Of a stretch of 64,000 bases of DNA, positions 49,185 through 61,806 are shown piece after piece (the stretch's first letter is position 1; the number at the start of each line of letters is the position of its first letter). This stretch comes from Mobula hypostoma. Its lineage: Eukaryota. The stretch spans positions 128,962,001 through 129,026,000 of the forward strand of contig NC_086097.1 of assembly GCF_963921235.1 (NCBI RefSeq), in the 5' to 3' direction. The notes under the pieces are model-generated. The model did not search any database. It was not told the origin of the DNA and worked only from the letters and a program-made list of their open reading frames with translations. A program made the position numbers and the translations under genes.

Positions 49185-50800
49185 CAGTGATCGGTGACTT
49201 TGGACAGCTCCCAGCGGATTGGAAGACAGCAAATGTCACGCCACTGTTTAAAGAAGGATATAGGCAAAAGGTGGGTAACTATAATTAGCTATAGTTACCC
49301 GCCTTTTATGTTAGCTGCCTGTTATGTTATGTTAGCCTGTAGTTGGGAAAATGCTTAAACCTATCATTAAGGAAGAAATAATGAGACATCTGGATAGCAG
49401 TGCTCACACAGGCAGACACGGTACGGATTCATGAAGGGTGGCTTATATTTGATAAACTTACTGAAGATCTTGAAGGAAACAATGAGTGCAAAGGATAGGG
49501 GGGAACAGGAGGATGTTGTACTCAGTGGCCACTTTAAAAGGTACACCTGCTGGTTAATGCAAAAATGTAATCCGCGGCCAATCATGTGGCAGTAACACAA
49601 TGCTTAAAAGCATGCAGACATGGTCAAGAGGTTCAGCAGTTGTTCAGACCAAACATCAGAATGGGGAAGAAATGTGATCTCAGTGACTTTGACCGTGGAA
49701 TGATTGTTGGTTCCAGACAGAGTAGCTTGAATATTTCAGAAACTGCTGATCTCCTAGGATTTTCGCACACAGCGGTCTCTAGAGTTTACAGAGAATGGTC
49801 CAATAAACAAAAAGTCATCCAGTGAGCAGCAGTTCTGTAGGTGAAAATGCTTTGTTCATTAAGGAGGTCACAGGGGAATGGCCAGACTGGTTCAAGCTGG
49901 TAGGAAGGTGACAGTAACCGAAAGAATCGTGTGTTACAAGTGATCTGCAGAAGAGCATTTCTGAATGCACAACACATTGAACATTGAAGTGGATGGGCTA
50001 CAGCAGCAGAAGACCATGAACAATCACTCAGTGGCCATATTAATAGGTACAGGAAGTACAGAGGCATTTGATAAGGTGGCGCATAAAAGACTTAATCATA
50101 AGCCTAGAGGATTGGTTTACCAATATGAGGCAGAGAGTTGGGAAAAATGGGTGTTTCTCTGGTTGATTGTCAGTGGTGGGTGGAATGCTGAACGGATCGG
50201 TACTGGGTGCGCAACTGTACACAATTTGCATTAACAATTTGGAAGAGGGGCCAGAGTGTAGCGAATTTGAGTATGCCAATGACACTAAATCAAATGTTAA
50301 AGCAAATTGTGGAGAGTCTGCAGAAAGTTATAGACAGGTTAAGTAAGTGAGCAAGCTTCTGGCAAATGGAGTACAGTGTTGGTAAAGGAAAGGTTCTCAC
50401 TTTGGGAGGAAAATAGATCAGATTATTATTTAAATGGTGAAAGATTGCAGCATGCTGTTGTGCAGAGGGACTTGGGAGTACTTGTGCATGAAATTCAAAT
50501 GCTTGTTTGCAGCTGCAACAGTTAACAAGAAGGTAAATGGAACGTTGGTCTTCATTGTTGAATTTAACAGCAGGGAGGTCTAGCTGCAACTGTACAAGGT
50601 ACTGGTGAGACCACATCTGGTGTACTGCGTACAGCTCTGATCTCCTTACTTGAGGAAAGATATACTGGCTTTGGAGGTGGTACAGAGGAGGTTCACAGGG
50701 TTGATTCTGGAAAAGAGAGGGTTAGTTTAAGAGGAGAGATTGAGTCACCTGGGACTACACTCACTGGAATTCAGAGAGGGATCTTATAGAAACATGAAAA
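49185..50800 (+). mobile_element. CR1 RT fragment interrupted by a Tc1 derivative
   Basis: AFDKVAHKRL remnant; tggcaaatggagtac; ctggtgagaccacatctgg. Confidence 0.8.
49519..50060 (+). mobile_element. Non-autonomous Tc1-family element
   Basis: TIR ctcagtggccacttt..ggtaca; MGKKCDLSDFDRGMIVGSRQSSLNISETADLLGFSHTAVSRVYREW. Confidence 0.88.
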
Positions 50801-51849
50801 AAGGGACAAACAGAAAGTAAAAATGTTGACTCTTGTGTCCCCTGCTTCATATATTTGTGCTTTCTTTATGCTTACATAACAGACAACCAGTGACTGGGTG
50901 TGAGAACCACATGCAACAAAGAATGTGATTCTGTTAAGCCATTTAATGGCTCTTATGGTCATTCTGTCTGCCACACACTCCTTCCAAGACCCATGTAATG
51001 ACTGGTGTAAGTACAAAAAAAATGTTCAAACTGGCAGGCTTTGTTTCCTTGAAGAATGTGGACGACTTCTGTACACAAAATGATGTCCAGATTCCTCAGC
51101 TGTGTAAAAGTCACTCATGGGATCTCTGACTATGCTCTTCCCCATGTAATTTTTACTAACACTATATGTAACCAACAAACAAATGTCCAACTATCCAGGC
51201 ATGGAGACTACAGATGACCTGGTATTCATTCTACTTTATTTCATTAAACCCATGTTAATGTAGCAGGTCCAGATTACAAAGAAGTGTTCATAGCTTTTTT
51301 AATCAGTGTCTTTAATCTTCTTTGCAATCAACCATGTCACGATCGCAATGTACACATGTGGCTTGGCAGAATCAGTGTCAAATGGTGCAAATGAAACTTT
51401 GCAAATCTTTACTACTGATATTCGCAACTGTGGTACATATTTACGCATCCGAATAATGAAACTGCAGCACTAAGGTCTCAGTGCAACAGGAAGTAAGAAT
51501 TCAGGAGCATATTATATTAGTCGATAATTTGCCCTCACAGCAGAGTAATTTTTCAAATTGGTGTGTAAATATCACTTAAATGTTATGAACCAACATAGTT
51601 GCCTGAAGGAAACCACCATCTCATTAATCCAGTGGTCCTCTCAAGGTGGGCATAAAATACACCATGAAAATATAGAATTGTAACTTGCCCTTATTTTTTG
51701 TGGCACACAGGGATGTTTTGTAAAGTGTCTACTGCTATGCAAAATAAACTCAATTTGCATTACAAAAATAATGCAAGAAACCACAGCCACAGCAGGAAAC
51801 ACTTGCATGCCAGGGTTAAAGGAGAAAGAATGAGTAGAAGTATTTTACT

Positions 51850-52225
51850 ACACCACCCCCACACCCACTCTCCTTCACCATTCCCCATTCCTGTTTCTCT
51901 CTCTCGACTTACCTCCTCACCTCCCCATCACTCCCCTCAGGCACTCCTCCTCCTTCCCTTTCTTCCATGGTCCTATCAGATTCTCCGTCCTCCAGTCCTT
52001 TATCTCTTTCACTGATCAACTTCCCAGTTCTTTACTTCACCCCCCTCCCCTGGTTTCACCTATCACCTACCACCTTGCACTTTTTCCTCCCCTACCCCCA
52101 TCTTCTTACTCCTCATTTTTTCCCCAGACCTGATGAAGGGTTAAGCCCAAAATATTGACCGTTTACACTTTTCTGTAGATGCTGCCTAGCCTACTGAGTT
52201 CCTCCAGCATTTTGTGTGTGCTGCA
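51850..52225 (+). mobile_element. Penelope-like 3' UTR and terminus
   Basis: Pyrimidine-rich UTR, cctgatgaaggg, gagttcctccagcattttgtgtgtg. Confidence 0.8.
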
Positions 52226-52345
52226 AAGTGTTTTAATGTAGTCCCTTCCAGATCCTATTTAGGACATTACAAAACTTATCACAGTCAATTAACTGTAGTC
52301 ACCTCTGTAACATCAGTAATGCTACCACCAATTTATGCATTACAG

Positions 52346-55300
52346 TGTAGGTTAATGTAAGTGGTGGAAACACACGCATCATTCACAACCACCAACACTG
52401 AGCTGGAGTTCACTTTAGGAGGCTGTGTCTGACGTGTTGATGTAACGACGATAAGTCTTTTACCACGCTTTATGTTCTGTGTTTGGTTGAAAATAACATG
52501 AGTTGATACAGTTTCCCTTAAACTTAAAAAGCCTCTGTTGTTTTATTTAAGAAAACCTACGTTGGTAATGTGGATGTTCTAGGATATTTCCTAGGATAGT
52601 TACTCAACATATCGGCCAATGCAGTTGCTTTGAAACTGCTGGAGTTTTGGGAGCAAAATGCCGTGGTTCGGTTTGTACAAGCAAGGTCCAATTCGCACTG
52701 CGAGAAATCTCCACAGATGGCACCAGATATTACTACGTGATCGTGTCGCTCAGTAGTTCCACGACAGTGAGAATGGTGAGTCTGCTTGAACACTCACCTG
52801 AATGCAAAAAGTATGGCACGTCAAAAACTCGCCTATTACAGACTTCCGGACTATCAGAATCTGAGCACGCCAAACAGTTGCTCCCCTCACTCTGCCTGGG
52901 GATGCTCGGCCTTCAGAGCTAATGGACCATGTGTTGCCTCTCCTGCTAATCACCGTCCTTTTTTTATTTTTAAAGAACTCTTCATGCAGCAAATGCCTGA
53001 TCATGTTCACACTGCCCTCGCTGATGCACCCATAAAGAACTACAGGGAGCTTTGCTAAAATGGCTGCTAGTCTACACTCAGCCAGGCAGAGGTGCATAAT
53101 TCCTCCTCCTTTCCCTACCTCAATAAGCCCAGTCAGTAGGGCTCTCCAACACACGCATGCCCACAGCAGCAGAATAGACGTCAGGTCTGTGCTTTTACCA
53201 AACTCCTTTTGGTACGAACGCCAGGAAGTGCTGACCCTCTTACAGCTCCAAAAGTGCCAGCACATCAGGACATCAGAAGTCTGTGAATACCGTGGATTCC
53301 ATCTGCCAGGGTCATCTACTGTTCATTATGGAGACCCTTTCAAGGCCACATTTCTTATGGGACCCAGCTGCTCAGATGAGCGTGCTACCAGGTAAAGAGC
53401 ACAAAACCTCACTGGAAGCTGCCAACAGCAACAGGATCCAGACTTACAGGACACGATGGGTGACGCTCTGCTTCAGTGGGCGACATTATACAAGGGACTT
53501 TGTCCTGGCTAGACCTCAGCTCGGCACAGATTTCCTGTGTGCCCAAGGACTGTTGGTTGATCTTAAGAACTGCCGGCTTGTGGATGTCAAGGAGTTTGGG
53601 TCATTATCCTGCTTCCCCAGTAAGTTCCCACAACAACTCTGTCAAGTGCATGCACCACCGCATATGCGTTTCCTCGACTGCTGGGCAAAATCCAAAACCT
53701 CATCAAGCCCACATTCAACATTACAGTCACAAAACATGGGGTCGAGCACCACATTTCCACAACTGGCCCACCAGTCCGTGCCCCTGCGCACAGAATGGAC
53801 CCAGAAAAGCAGGCAACCGTGAAGGCTGAGTTTGCCAATGTGGAAAGGCTTGGTATTGTACGCAGGTTGAATACTCCCTGGGCTTCAGCACTCCACAATG
53901 GTCCCAAAGTCTGATGGTGGTTGCCACCCATGTGGTCATTAGCTTAACAAGGCCACACCTCTGCCTGTTACCCTGTCCCACACATCCTAGACTTTTCAAC
54001 ACGTTTGGCTGGAAAGTCATTCTTTTCTTAAGTTGATTTAGACAGGGGCTACCATCAGATGCCTGCGTGCTCGGAGGACATCCCCAAAGTGGGGGTGATA
54101 TCCCTATTTGACCTCTGAATTTCTGCACATGCCGTTTGGGCTGAAAACTGTAGCACAGACTTTCCAACGACTGGTAATGACTTAAGATTTTCCTTTTGTT
54201 TACCTGGATGACGTATTTGTCGTCAGTGCATCCAAATCCAAACATTTATCCACACACTTTGAGCACTTAAGCCAACACAGGTTGATCAGAAACCCTGCTA
54301 AATGCCAGGTTCGGTTGTTAGCTATTCAATTTCCTGGCCATCACATTTCCACAGAAGGTGAGAAACTCCTCCCAGCAAAAATCACCGCTATTATGGATTT
54401 CCCACCGCCCCGCACTACAAAAAAATTGCAGAGTTTTTTAGGTATGGTGAATTTCTATCACCGTTTCATTCCATAAACTGCTGAACTTGTGCTCCCCTTG
54501 TGTGTTGCCTTTAAAGGCAATGCCCCAAATCGTGTACTTGACTGGTCAATGGACAAGACCAGAGTACTTGATGACACCAAACGAGCTCTCTCCAAAGCAA
54601 CCCTACTGGCACAGTCACTCCCAAATGCACCCATTGCCATTACGACCGATGCTTCAGACTAAGCTGTGGGTGCTGTGCAGGAACAGCAGGTCAGAGTCAT
54701 GTGGCAGTTGCTCGCCTTCTTCAGCTGGCAGCTCCGATTCCTGAAAGGAAGTACACCACCTTCAACCGTGAGCTTCTCGACTCTATCTGGCTGTCCACCA
54801 TTTTCATTTTCTACTACAGGGTCGCTATTGAACAGTGTTCATTGACCACAAATCCCTCATGCACGTGACAGCCAAAATATTAGACCCTTGGTCTGCATGG
54901 CAGCAACACCACCTGGCCGACATATCTGAGTTCACGAGTGACATCAAGGGGAAAAATAACGCCCTGGCTGATTGCCTCTCACGGCCAGCTATTGAGGCCA
55001 TACACGTAGGCGTTGACTATGCCGGTGTGGCAGCTGACCAAGCTACTGACCCAGAGGTCCAGGCTAACCAAAGAGCAGTCACAGCCGTGCCATCAGCTGA
55101 CAGTAAGTTTGGGGAAGCTGGGGTTTCTCTCCTGTTCGATGTCTCAACTGGTCATCCTCACACCCTGGTGCCCGCAAACTGGAGGGGTACCATTTTTAGC
55201 TCCATTCATGACCTCTCACATCCTGGCCCAAAGGCCTCACAGAAACTGGTTCAACTAAAGATTGTGTGGTACAGCCTTAGAAAGGACCTGCGTGACTGGA

Positions 55301-56560
55301 GTGCAGCCTGTGTTGAGTGCCTGCGGACAAAAACTAACCATCATGTTTGGGCACCATTGATTCCTTTCGAGATCCCTGAGCGATGGTTTGACCATGTGAA
55401 TGTGGATCTTGTTGGTCCTTTTTTCCCCCACCCACAGTTTCATGCACCTCCTTACCACGGTGGACATTATCAGCAGGTGGCCAGAGGTCGTCCCTCTACC
55501 ATCGACAAAGGCCACTGACATGGCCCGGGCGTTCAACAACACTTGGGTTGCCCAGTTTGGCACACCATCTGATAATTCCTCTGACTGCAGTCTCCAATTC
55601 ACATCAGAACTCTGGGATGCAATGGCCCAGAACCTCAGCGTTAGGCTACATCACACCACGGCATATCACCCACAGTCCAAAGGCCTGTGTGGTTTCACCA
55701 CTACTTAAAGGCTGCTCTGAGGGCTTCCCTAATGATGAGTATTGGCATGTCATCTCCAGCAGGTGCTGCTGGGGCTCTAAATGGCTTCAAAGGAGGACCT
55801 GCAGTAGAACCTGGTTGAGTTGGTATACGGGCAGCCGTTACAAGTTCCAGCTGATTTTATTCCTGACACCACGACCGCCAGGTCGGCCTTTCAGCAGTAT
55901 TCCACCCTCCCCAGTAAACTCAATTCCTCTGTATCTATTCCTACCTCCCATCAGAGCGTATAGCACTCTTGTGTTCCTGTTGACCTACACACCGCGTTAT
56001 TCATTCTCCTCTGCCACAATGCACACCTGCATCCCCTTAGGCCCCCTTACAATGGCCCGTTCTGTGTTTTGGATCAGAAAGAAAAGACTTTTATCATAGA
56101 TAGGAAGGGTACATCTGAAGGTATTTTGGTAGATCGCCTTAAACCAGCCCACCAAGAGTTGGAGGATTCCACTACCATGCCCTTGGCATTACAACAGGAC
56201 CATAAGAGTGTCAACACACCTCTGGATTAGCCAGAGGCACCTGCTGTTATTCCACCCATGGAATACAAGATCCAAGCCAGGCGCCTTGTCTGAAATCTGG
56301 ACGGGCTCACAATGCTAGCTTTGGTTAATTCTGGTGGGAGCCTGTTTAGGGTAATGTAGGGGTGAAACCATATGCATAATTTACAACCGCTATTCTTAAA
56401 CTAGGGTTCATTTAAGAGACTGGTCTGACACGATAATGTAATGATATGAAGTTTTTTTTTACCACGCTTTATGTTTTGTGTTTGGACGACATTAAAGCGA
56501 GGTGTTACAGTTTCCCTTAAACTTAAAACGCCTCTGCTTTTTTATTTACAAAATCCTACA
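52346..56560 (+). mobile_element. Full-length degenerate Ty3/Gypsy LTR retrotransposon (CsRn1-type)
   Basis: 216-bp LTRs (52346-52561, 56345-56560); TSD acag (52342-52345, 56561-56564); PBS-like tggt and PPT-like tract; gag KLLEFW..; CFYQTPFGTNARKC; protease remnant FLWDPAAQMSVLP; FVYLDDVFV; TDASD; HDLSHPG..CVEC; HVNVDLVGP; PPYNGPF; domain order RT-RH-IN. Confidence 0.93.
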
Positions 56561-57019
56561 ACAGAATTAGAACTAGATAAGTTGATTTCAAGTGCAAGTG
56601 CTAAGCAGGACTCAAGGTATAACATCTTTCCTCCTTTAAGTAACTGATATTGCACCTATAAATTTGACCAGGAAGCTAGAGGAGCCCTTGTATTATTTTC
56701 TCATCAAAAGACAGCACTTCCTCAGTTCTGTCCTGCCAAGTCTCAGAGGTGGAATTTGAATCCAAAGCCTCCTTTTCTCAGAGATGAGAGCACTGCCAGT
56801 GCAGAGATGGGAGCCTCACACAGAAATCAAGAACTTGGAGCAATTAATTCACATTCTTTTTCTGCATCAATCACATTAAAATCCATTTGACTTGCAGGAG
56901 ATCATTCCAGCAATCATTTCCAAGTAAAATCCTACATATCACAAAATTCGACTGGACACATACAGGTATAGCGATGTCACTATGTGTATAATACTCATAT
57001 CCACATTTCCCAACAAATA

Positions 57020-57885
57020 TCGGAGTCATACAGGATGGAAAAGGGCCCATCGGTCCACTGGTCAATGCCAACCAACTTGCCTATCTAAGCAAGTCCCATC
57101 TGCTTGAATTTGGCCCATAAGCCTCAAAACCTCTCCCTATCCACATATTTATCCAAGTGTCTTTTAAATGTTGTTATGGTGCCTGCCTCAACCACTTCCT
57201 CTGACAGCTTATTTCATATACACACCATCCTCTGGTTGAAAAAGTTGCCCCTCAGATTCTTATTAAATCTCTTTCCTCACACCTTAAACCTTTGCCCTCT
57301 AGGTTTTGATTCTCCAAAGCTGGGAAAATGACTATATGCATTCATTCGATCTATGCACTCATGATTTTATACATAAGATCACCCTTTATTCTCCCACATC
57401 CAAGGAATGAAGCCTCATCCTGCACAACCTTTCCCTGAAACTCATTCCTTAAGTCTTGGGGATATCCCCCATAAATCTTTTCTGCACTCCTTCCAACTCA
57501 ATGGCACCTACGCTGCAGCAGAGTGACCAGAACTGAACACAATATTGCAAATGCGGCCTCACTATTGTCTTACACAATTGCATCCCAACTTCTATGCTCA
57601 ATATACATCAAAGTTGCTGGTGAACGTAGCAGGCCAGGCAGCATCTATAGGAAGAGGCGCAGTCGACGTTTCAGGAAGGGTCTCGGCCTGAAACGTCGAC
57701 TGCGCCTCTTCCTATAGATGCTGCCTGGCCTGCTGCGTTCACCAGCAACTTTGATGTATGTTGCTTGAATTTCCAGCATCTGCAGAATTCCTGTTGTTCT
57801 ATGCTCAATGCTCAGTCCCTTGACGGATGACATTTGGCCAGTGTGCCAAAAGTCTTTCTAACCATCCTATCTGCCTGTGAATCTT
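57020..57885 (-). mobile_element. CR1 3' fragment hosting the 57603-57796 hairpin
   Basis: CR1 tail and ORF2 C-terminal similarity to other copies. Confidence 0.8.
57603..57796. mobile_element. 194-bp Penelope-terminus-derived hairpin insertion
   Basis: 73-bp arms (57603-57675, 57687-57759) with one mismatch; 13-bp TSD ttctatgctcaat (57590-57602, 57797-57809). Confidence 0.92.
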
Positions 57886-58183
57886 TAGAAAGCAAATTGC
57901 AATCACAGTAGAACAGTATCATCAGTGCATCTAGGAGCAGAGGGCACTATCTCGATGCTTTACTTATTTTTTTCTTGTTATTTATGTTATTTATTGGCCT
58001 GAGTGCGCAGTTTCAGAACCCACTGAATGCCTGCTCCAACAGCTCCCAAGCTTCACATAGGCACTGCAACTGACAATGGGTTCTTCGGTCACCAGTTAGC
58101 TGCTGTTGTATTCAGCCAAAAGGTGGCTGAGTGGAGGCACTCTATTAGCAGCCATCAGCAGCTGCCACACCAGCGTCACTTAC

Positions 58184-58258
58184 CTCTGCAAAATGATGTT
58201 ATTTGCCCAGAAGGAAGGTGCCTTTGAACAGTGTTCATGTGCTCAGAATCATTTATAA
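58184..58258 (-). CDS. Candidate upstream exon (75 nt, phase 1 to 1), possibly ofcc1
   Basis: Good acceptor gattttttgtAG and strong donor GAG|GTAAGTG; open frame xINDSEHMNTVQRHLPSGQITSFCR in non-repeat sequence. No recognised homology. Confidence 0.35.
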
Positions 58259-59178
58259 CTACAAAAAATCAATTATGACAAAAGTCAAAACTTATAATGG
58301 TTGGATCTAAACCTTCGTAGCCTTGTGCCTTTTATATGGGTTTTGAAAGAATATAACTGTGCTTGGCTGCTGTAAAGATGATCCCATCATCTTTGAGTGT
58401 AGAAAGACATCCTTAATCAATCACAGCATCACAGAATGATTACAGCATGGAAGGCTATTCTGCCAAAAAGTTAGTATTGGCCCTACAGCAATCCAGCTAA
58501 TCCACTCCCTCGCTGTTTCCCCACAGCCCTGCAACTTCTGTCCTTTCAGATACTTGCCCAGCTCTCCAGTCCAACTCGTTTCTACTACAACCTCCGGTAG
58601 TGCTGCATCGTAGACGCTCTCCAGTTATAAGTGGCACCTTTCTGCTCAATCAACTCATCAAACAGCCCCATGGTGGCACATCGCTATTCATTTACAGCTA
58701 CAATCTGCTCCATGGGTGGCAGGTACCAGAACCCCACTTGGATCAGGATGAGACTGCACAGAGTAGAAAGATGTGTGGCCTTTCTCTGAGTCTTCATAAC
58801 TGCTGCCAGTTGAACCCGTAGGCATTGTGGGGCAGGACGACCCACATCCTATTATCTAATCATAGTCATACTGTGATACAGCATGCAAACAGGTCCTTCC
58901 ATCCACCGGCTCCACATCAGCCATCCATTTACATTAACCCTGTATTTTTACTCACCCCACATTTTCATCAGCTCTCCATGGATTTCACCACTCACCTGCA
59001 TACCAGGGGAAGCTATCATTGTGTTATAGTGTAGGAGGAAACTGGAGCACCTGGATAAAATCCACATGGTCACAAGGAGAGCGTGCAAGTTCCCCGCAGA
59101 CAGCACCCAAGGTCAGAGCTGAGCCCAGGCCGCTGTCAGTAAGATACCAGCTCCACTACTTGCCTACAGATGATACTA

Positions 59179-59710
59179 CAGTCCGCCCTCCTTATCCACG
59201 GGTTCCGCATGTCCGGATTCAACCAACCGTCGATCGGGAAAACCCGGAGGTTCTCTCTCCAGCACTCGTTGTTTGAGCATTGTTCGCGTCGCGTCCCATT
59301 CGGTCGCTACTTTGGAAGGAGTTTAAGGCTAGTAAGGGATGGCTGGCTAGCTCTGTAAAGTGCTACAGCCTCAAAAACTTAAAGATCACGGGAGAATCAG
59401 CATTGGCTGTTGCCGAGGCAGCATCAGTGTTTCCAGAAGACCTATGATGGTTGTGTCTGTACTGAACACGTACAGACTTTTTTTTCTTGTCATTATTCCC
59501 TAAACAATACAGTATAACAACTATCTCCATAGAATTTACATTGTATTAAGTATTATAACTAATCTAGAGATGATTTAAAGTATACGGGAGGATGTGCATA
59601 GGTTATATGCAAATACCACACCATTCTATATAAGGGACTTGAGCATCCGCGTTTTTTGGTATCCGCGGGGGATCCCGGAACTAATCCCCACAGATAAGGA
59701 GGGCCAACTG
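59179..59710 (+). mobile_element. Tigger/pogo non-autonomous element (Tigger3-like)
   Basis: TA TSD; TIRs cagtccgccctccttatc / gataaggagggccaactg; internal EFKASKGWLASSVKCYSLKNLKITGESA (CENP-B/Tigger HTH). Confidence 0.88.
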
Positions 59711-59774
59711 TATTCTTAGTACCAAAAGGAAGCCTTTGCTGGACATGATCCAGAGCTAGAAGTGATCTAAAATA

Positions 59775-60256
59775 CAGTTCTGTGCAAAAGTCTTAGAGAT
59801 ATATAAATAAACCAGGGTGCCTAAGACTTTTGCACAGTACTGTATTTGTCAATGTGGAGCAGAGCGAGTTTGTAAATCTGGCAGGAGCAAATAAGGTTGG
59901 GAATGGTGAGGAGGGAGTGCCGTGGGAGGGGTGTGGAACTGGTGGTAGAGAAGGAGTGTCAGGAGTAGTGGCAAGGGGTGGTGTGGGTGCAGACACATCC
60001 AGTCCTGAGACTCCAGGCAAGGTCATTTGATTCCAAGCACTTGGTTTATTGATCATTGCAGAATGTCTCTCAGGTGCTTCCAGCCCTCTCCGTTCTCCTT
60101 TCCCCACCACACTCTCAGTCCACAATAGAGACTCATATCAGAATCGGGTTTATATCACTCACATATGTCATGAAATTTGTTTGCTATTTGTGGCAGTAGT
60201 ACAGTGCAATACATAAATCGCTACAGTACTAGACCTAAGACTTTTGCAGAATACTG
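59775..60256. mobile_element. Tc1/mariner-type composite element bounded by two mini-MITEs
   Basis: TA-flanked; cagt(t/a)ctgtgcaaaagtcttag TIR; mini hairpins at 59775-59842 and 60224-60256. Confidence 0.75.
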
Positions 60257-60258
60257 TA

Positions 60259-60890
60259 CATAGTTCCCTGAAGTGGTGGCAAAGTCAGACAGAGGCGAAG
60301 AAGGTGTATTGCATACTTGCAATGAATACAGGAGCTGGGATATCATATGACAGCCCTATGAGACATTGGCGATGCAACACCGAGTATATTGTGTGCAGAT
60401 CTGGTCATAATACTATGGGAAATGCATAAGCCGAAGAAGGTAGAGTAAAAATTCATAAGGCGATTGCAGAGACTGGAGGGCTTGAGGAGAAACTGGACAA
60501 GCTTAGACTTTTTTCCACAAACAGAAGAAGGATGAAGGGTTTCTTTATAGATGCTTATACAATCATGAGTGGTGATGGGCACAATCTTTTTCCAGGGCAG
60601 GGGAACCTGAAAACAACAGGGTACTGGTTTAAGGTGAGAGAAAAATGTTTTTATGGTGATCTAAGGAGCAGGATTTGTGCACAGATGATGGGGGTTACAT
60701 GGAACAAGCTTCCAGAGGATCTTGCAGAGGTGAGAACAATCACAGCATTTAAAATGCATGTACATAAATTAAAAAAAAAAGGTTTAGAGACACATGGGCC
60801 AAATGTAGGCAAATGGATCCAGCTTAGTTATGAATCTTCATTACCATGGACAGGTTGGGCCAAAAGGCCCCTTTTCAATCCTGTATAACT
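60259..60890 (+). mobile_element. CR1 ORF2 3' fragment with tail
   Basis: TWNKLPEDLAEVRTITAFK remnant and CR1 tail. Confidence 0.8.
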
Positions 60891-60892
60891 AA

Positions 60893-61806
60893 AATTCAAA
60901 GAGGAGTAAGACAGGGATGCATTGCCTCACTGGAATTATTTAATATCTATAGCGAAATGATTCTCAGAGAAATAGAAGACCTAGATGGGATAAAAATTGG
61001 AGGTGTTAACATCAACAATATAAGATATGCAGGCAATACCACCCTAATAGCAAGTGCTGCAGAAGACCTACAAATCCTCCTAGACAAAGTAGTACAAACA
61101 AGTGCAGATTTTGGTCTAACCGTCAACTGTGAAAAAAACAAATGTACAGTAATATCAAAACAGCAGGATACTCCCAACTGCCAATTGTACATCGGTAACC
61201 AAGAGATTGAACAAAACACCAGCTTTAATTACCTTGGTAGCTTTATATCACAAGATGCTAGAAGTAAAGTAGAAATAAAAAGAAGAATTGCCATTGCCAA
61301 AACCAACTTCCAAAAAATGAAACCCATTTTTACCAACAGACACATTTCTATGACAACAAGGCTTAGGCTACTAAAATGTTACATCTGGTCAATCTTGCTG
61401 TATGCTTCTGAAACATGGACTATAACACCAGAACTCCAAAGAAACTTAGAAGCAACAGAAATGTGGTTTCTTAGAAGAATGCTGAAAATATCATATAGAG
61501 ATAGGGTAACTAATGAGACAGTACTCCAACGTCCCATACAAAAAGATCTTCAATGAGAACATTAAATGAGAGGAAACTTAAGTTCCTGGACCATGTCATC
61601 AGGAAGGGAGAAATAGAATGCCTTACATTACAAGGCCATATGCCTGGGAAACACGGAAGAGGAAGGCAAAGAAGAAAATATATGGACACTGTGAAAGAAC
61701 TAACAGATCTAAGAGTGCGAGATATCATTGACGCTGCAAGGGATTGTTCGATGTGGAGAGTCATGATCGCCCAGGCGTGTAGCGCGCACGGCACATGAAG
61801 AAGAAG
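60893..61806 (+). mobile_element. RTE-clade (BovB-like) LINE, 5'-truncated
   Basis: GVRQGCIASLELFNIYSE..NINNIRYAGNTTL..FNYLGS..EIKRRI..LLYASETW; (GAA)n tail; 8-bp TSD ataactaa (60885-60892, 61807-61814). Confidence 0.92.

Noticed and set aside
57523..57833. Mirror-image basic ORFs on both strands
   Set aside because: Consequence of the palindrome, not coding
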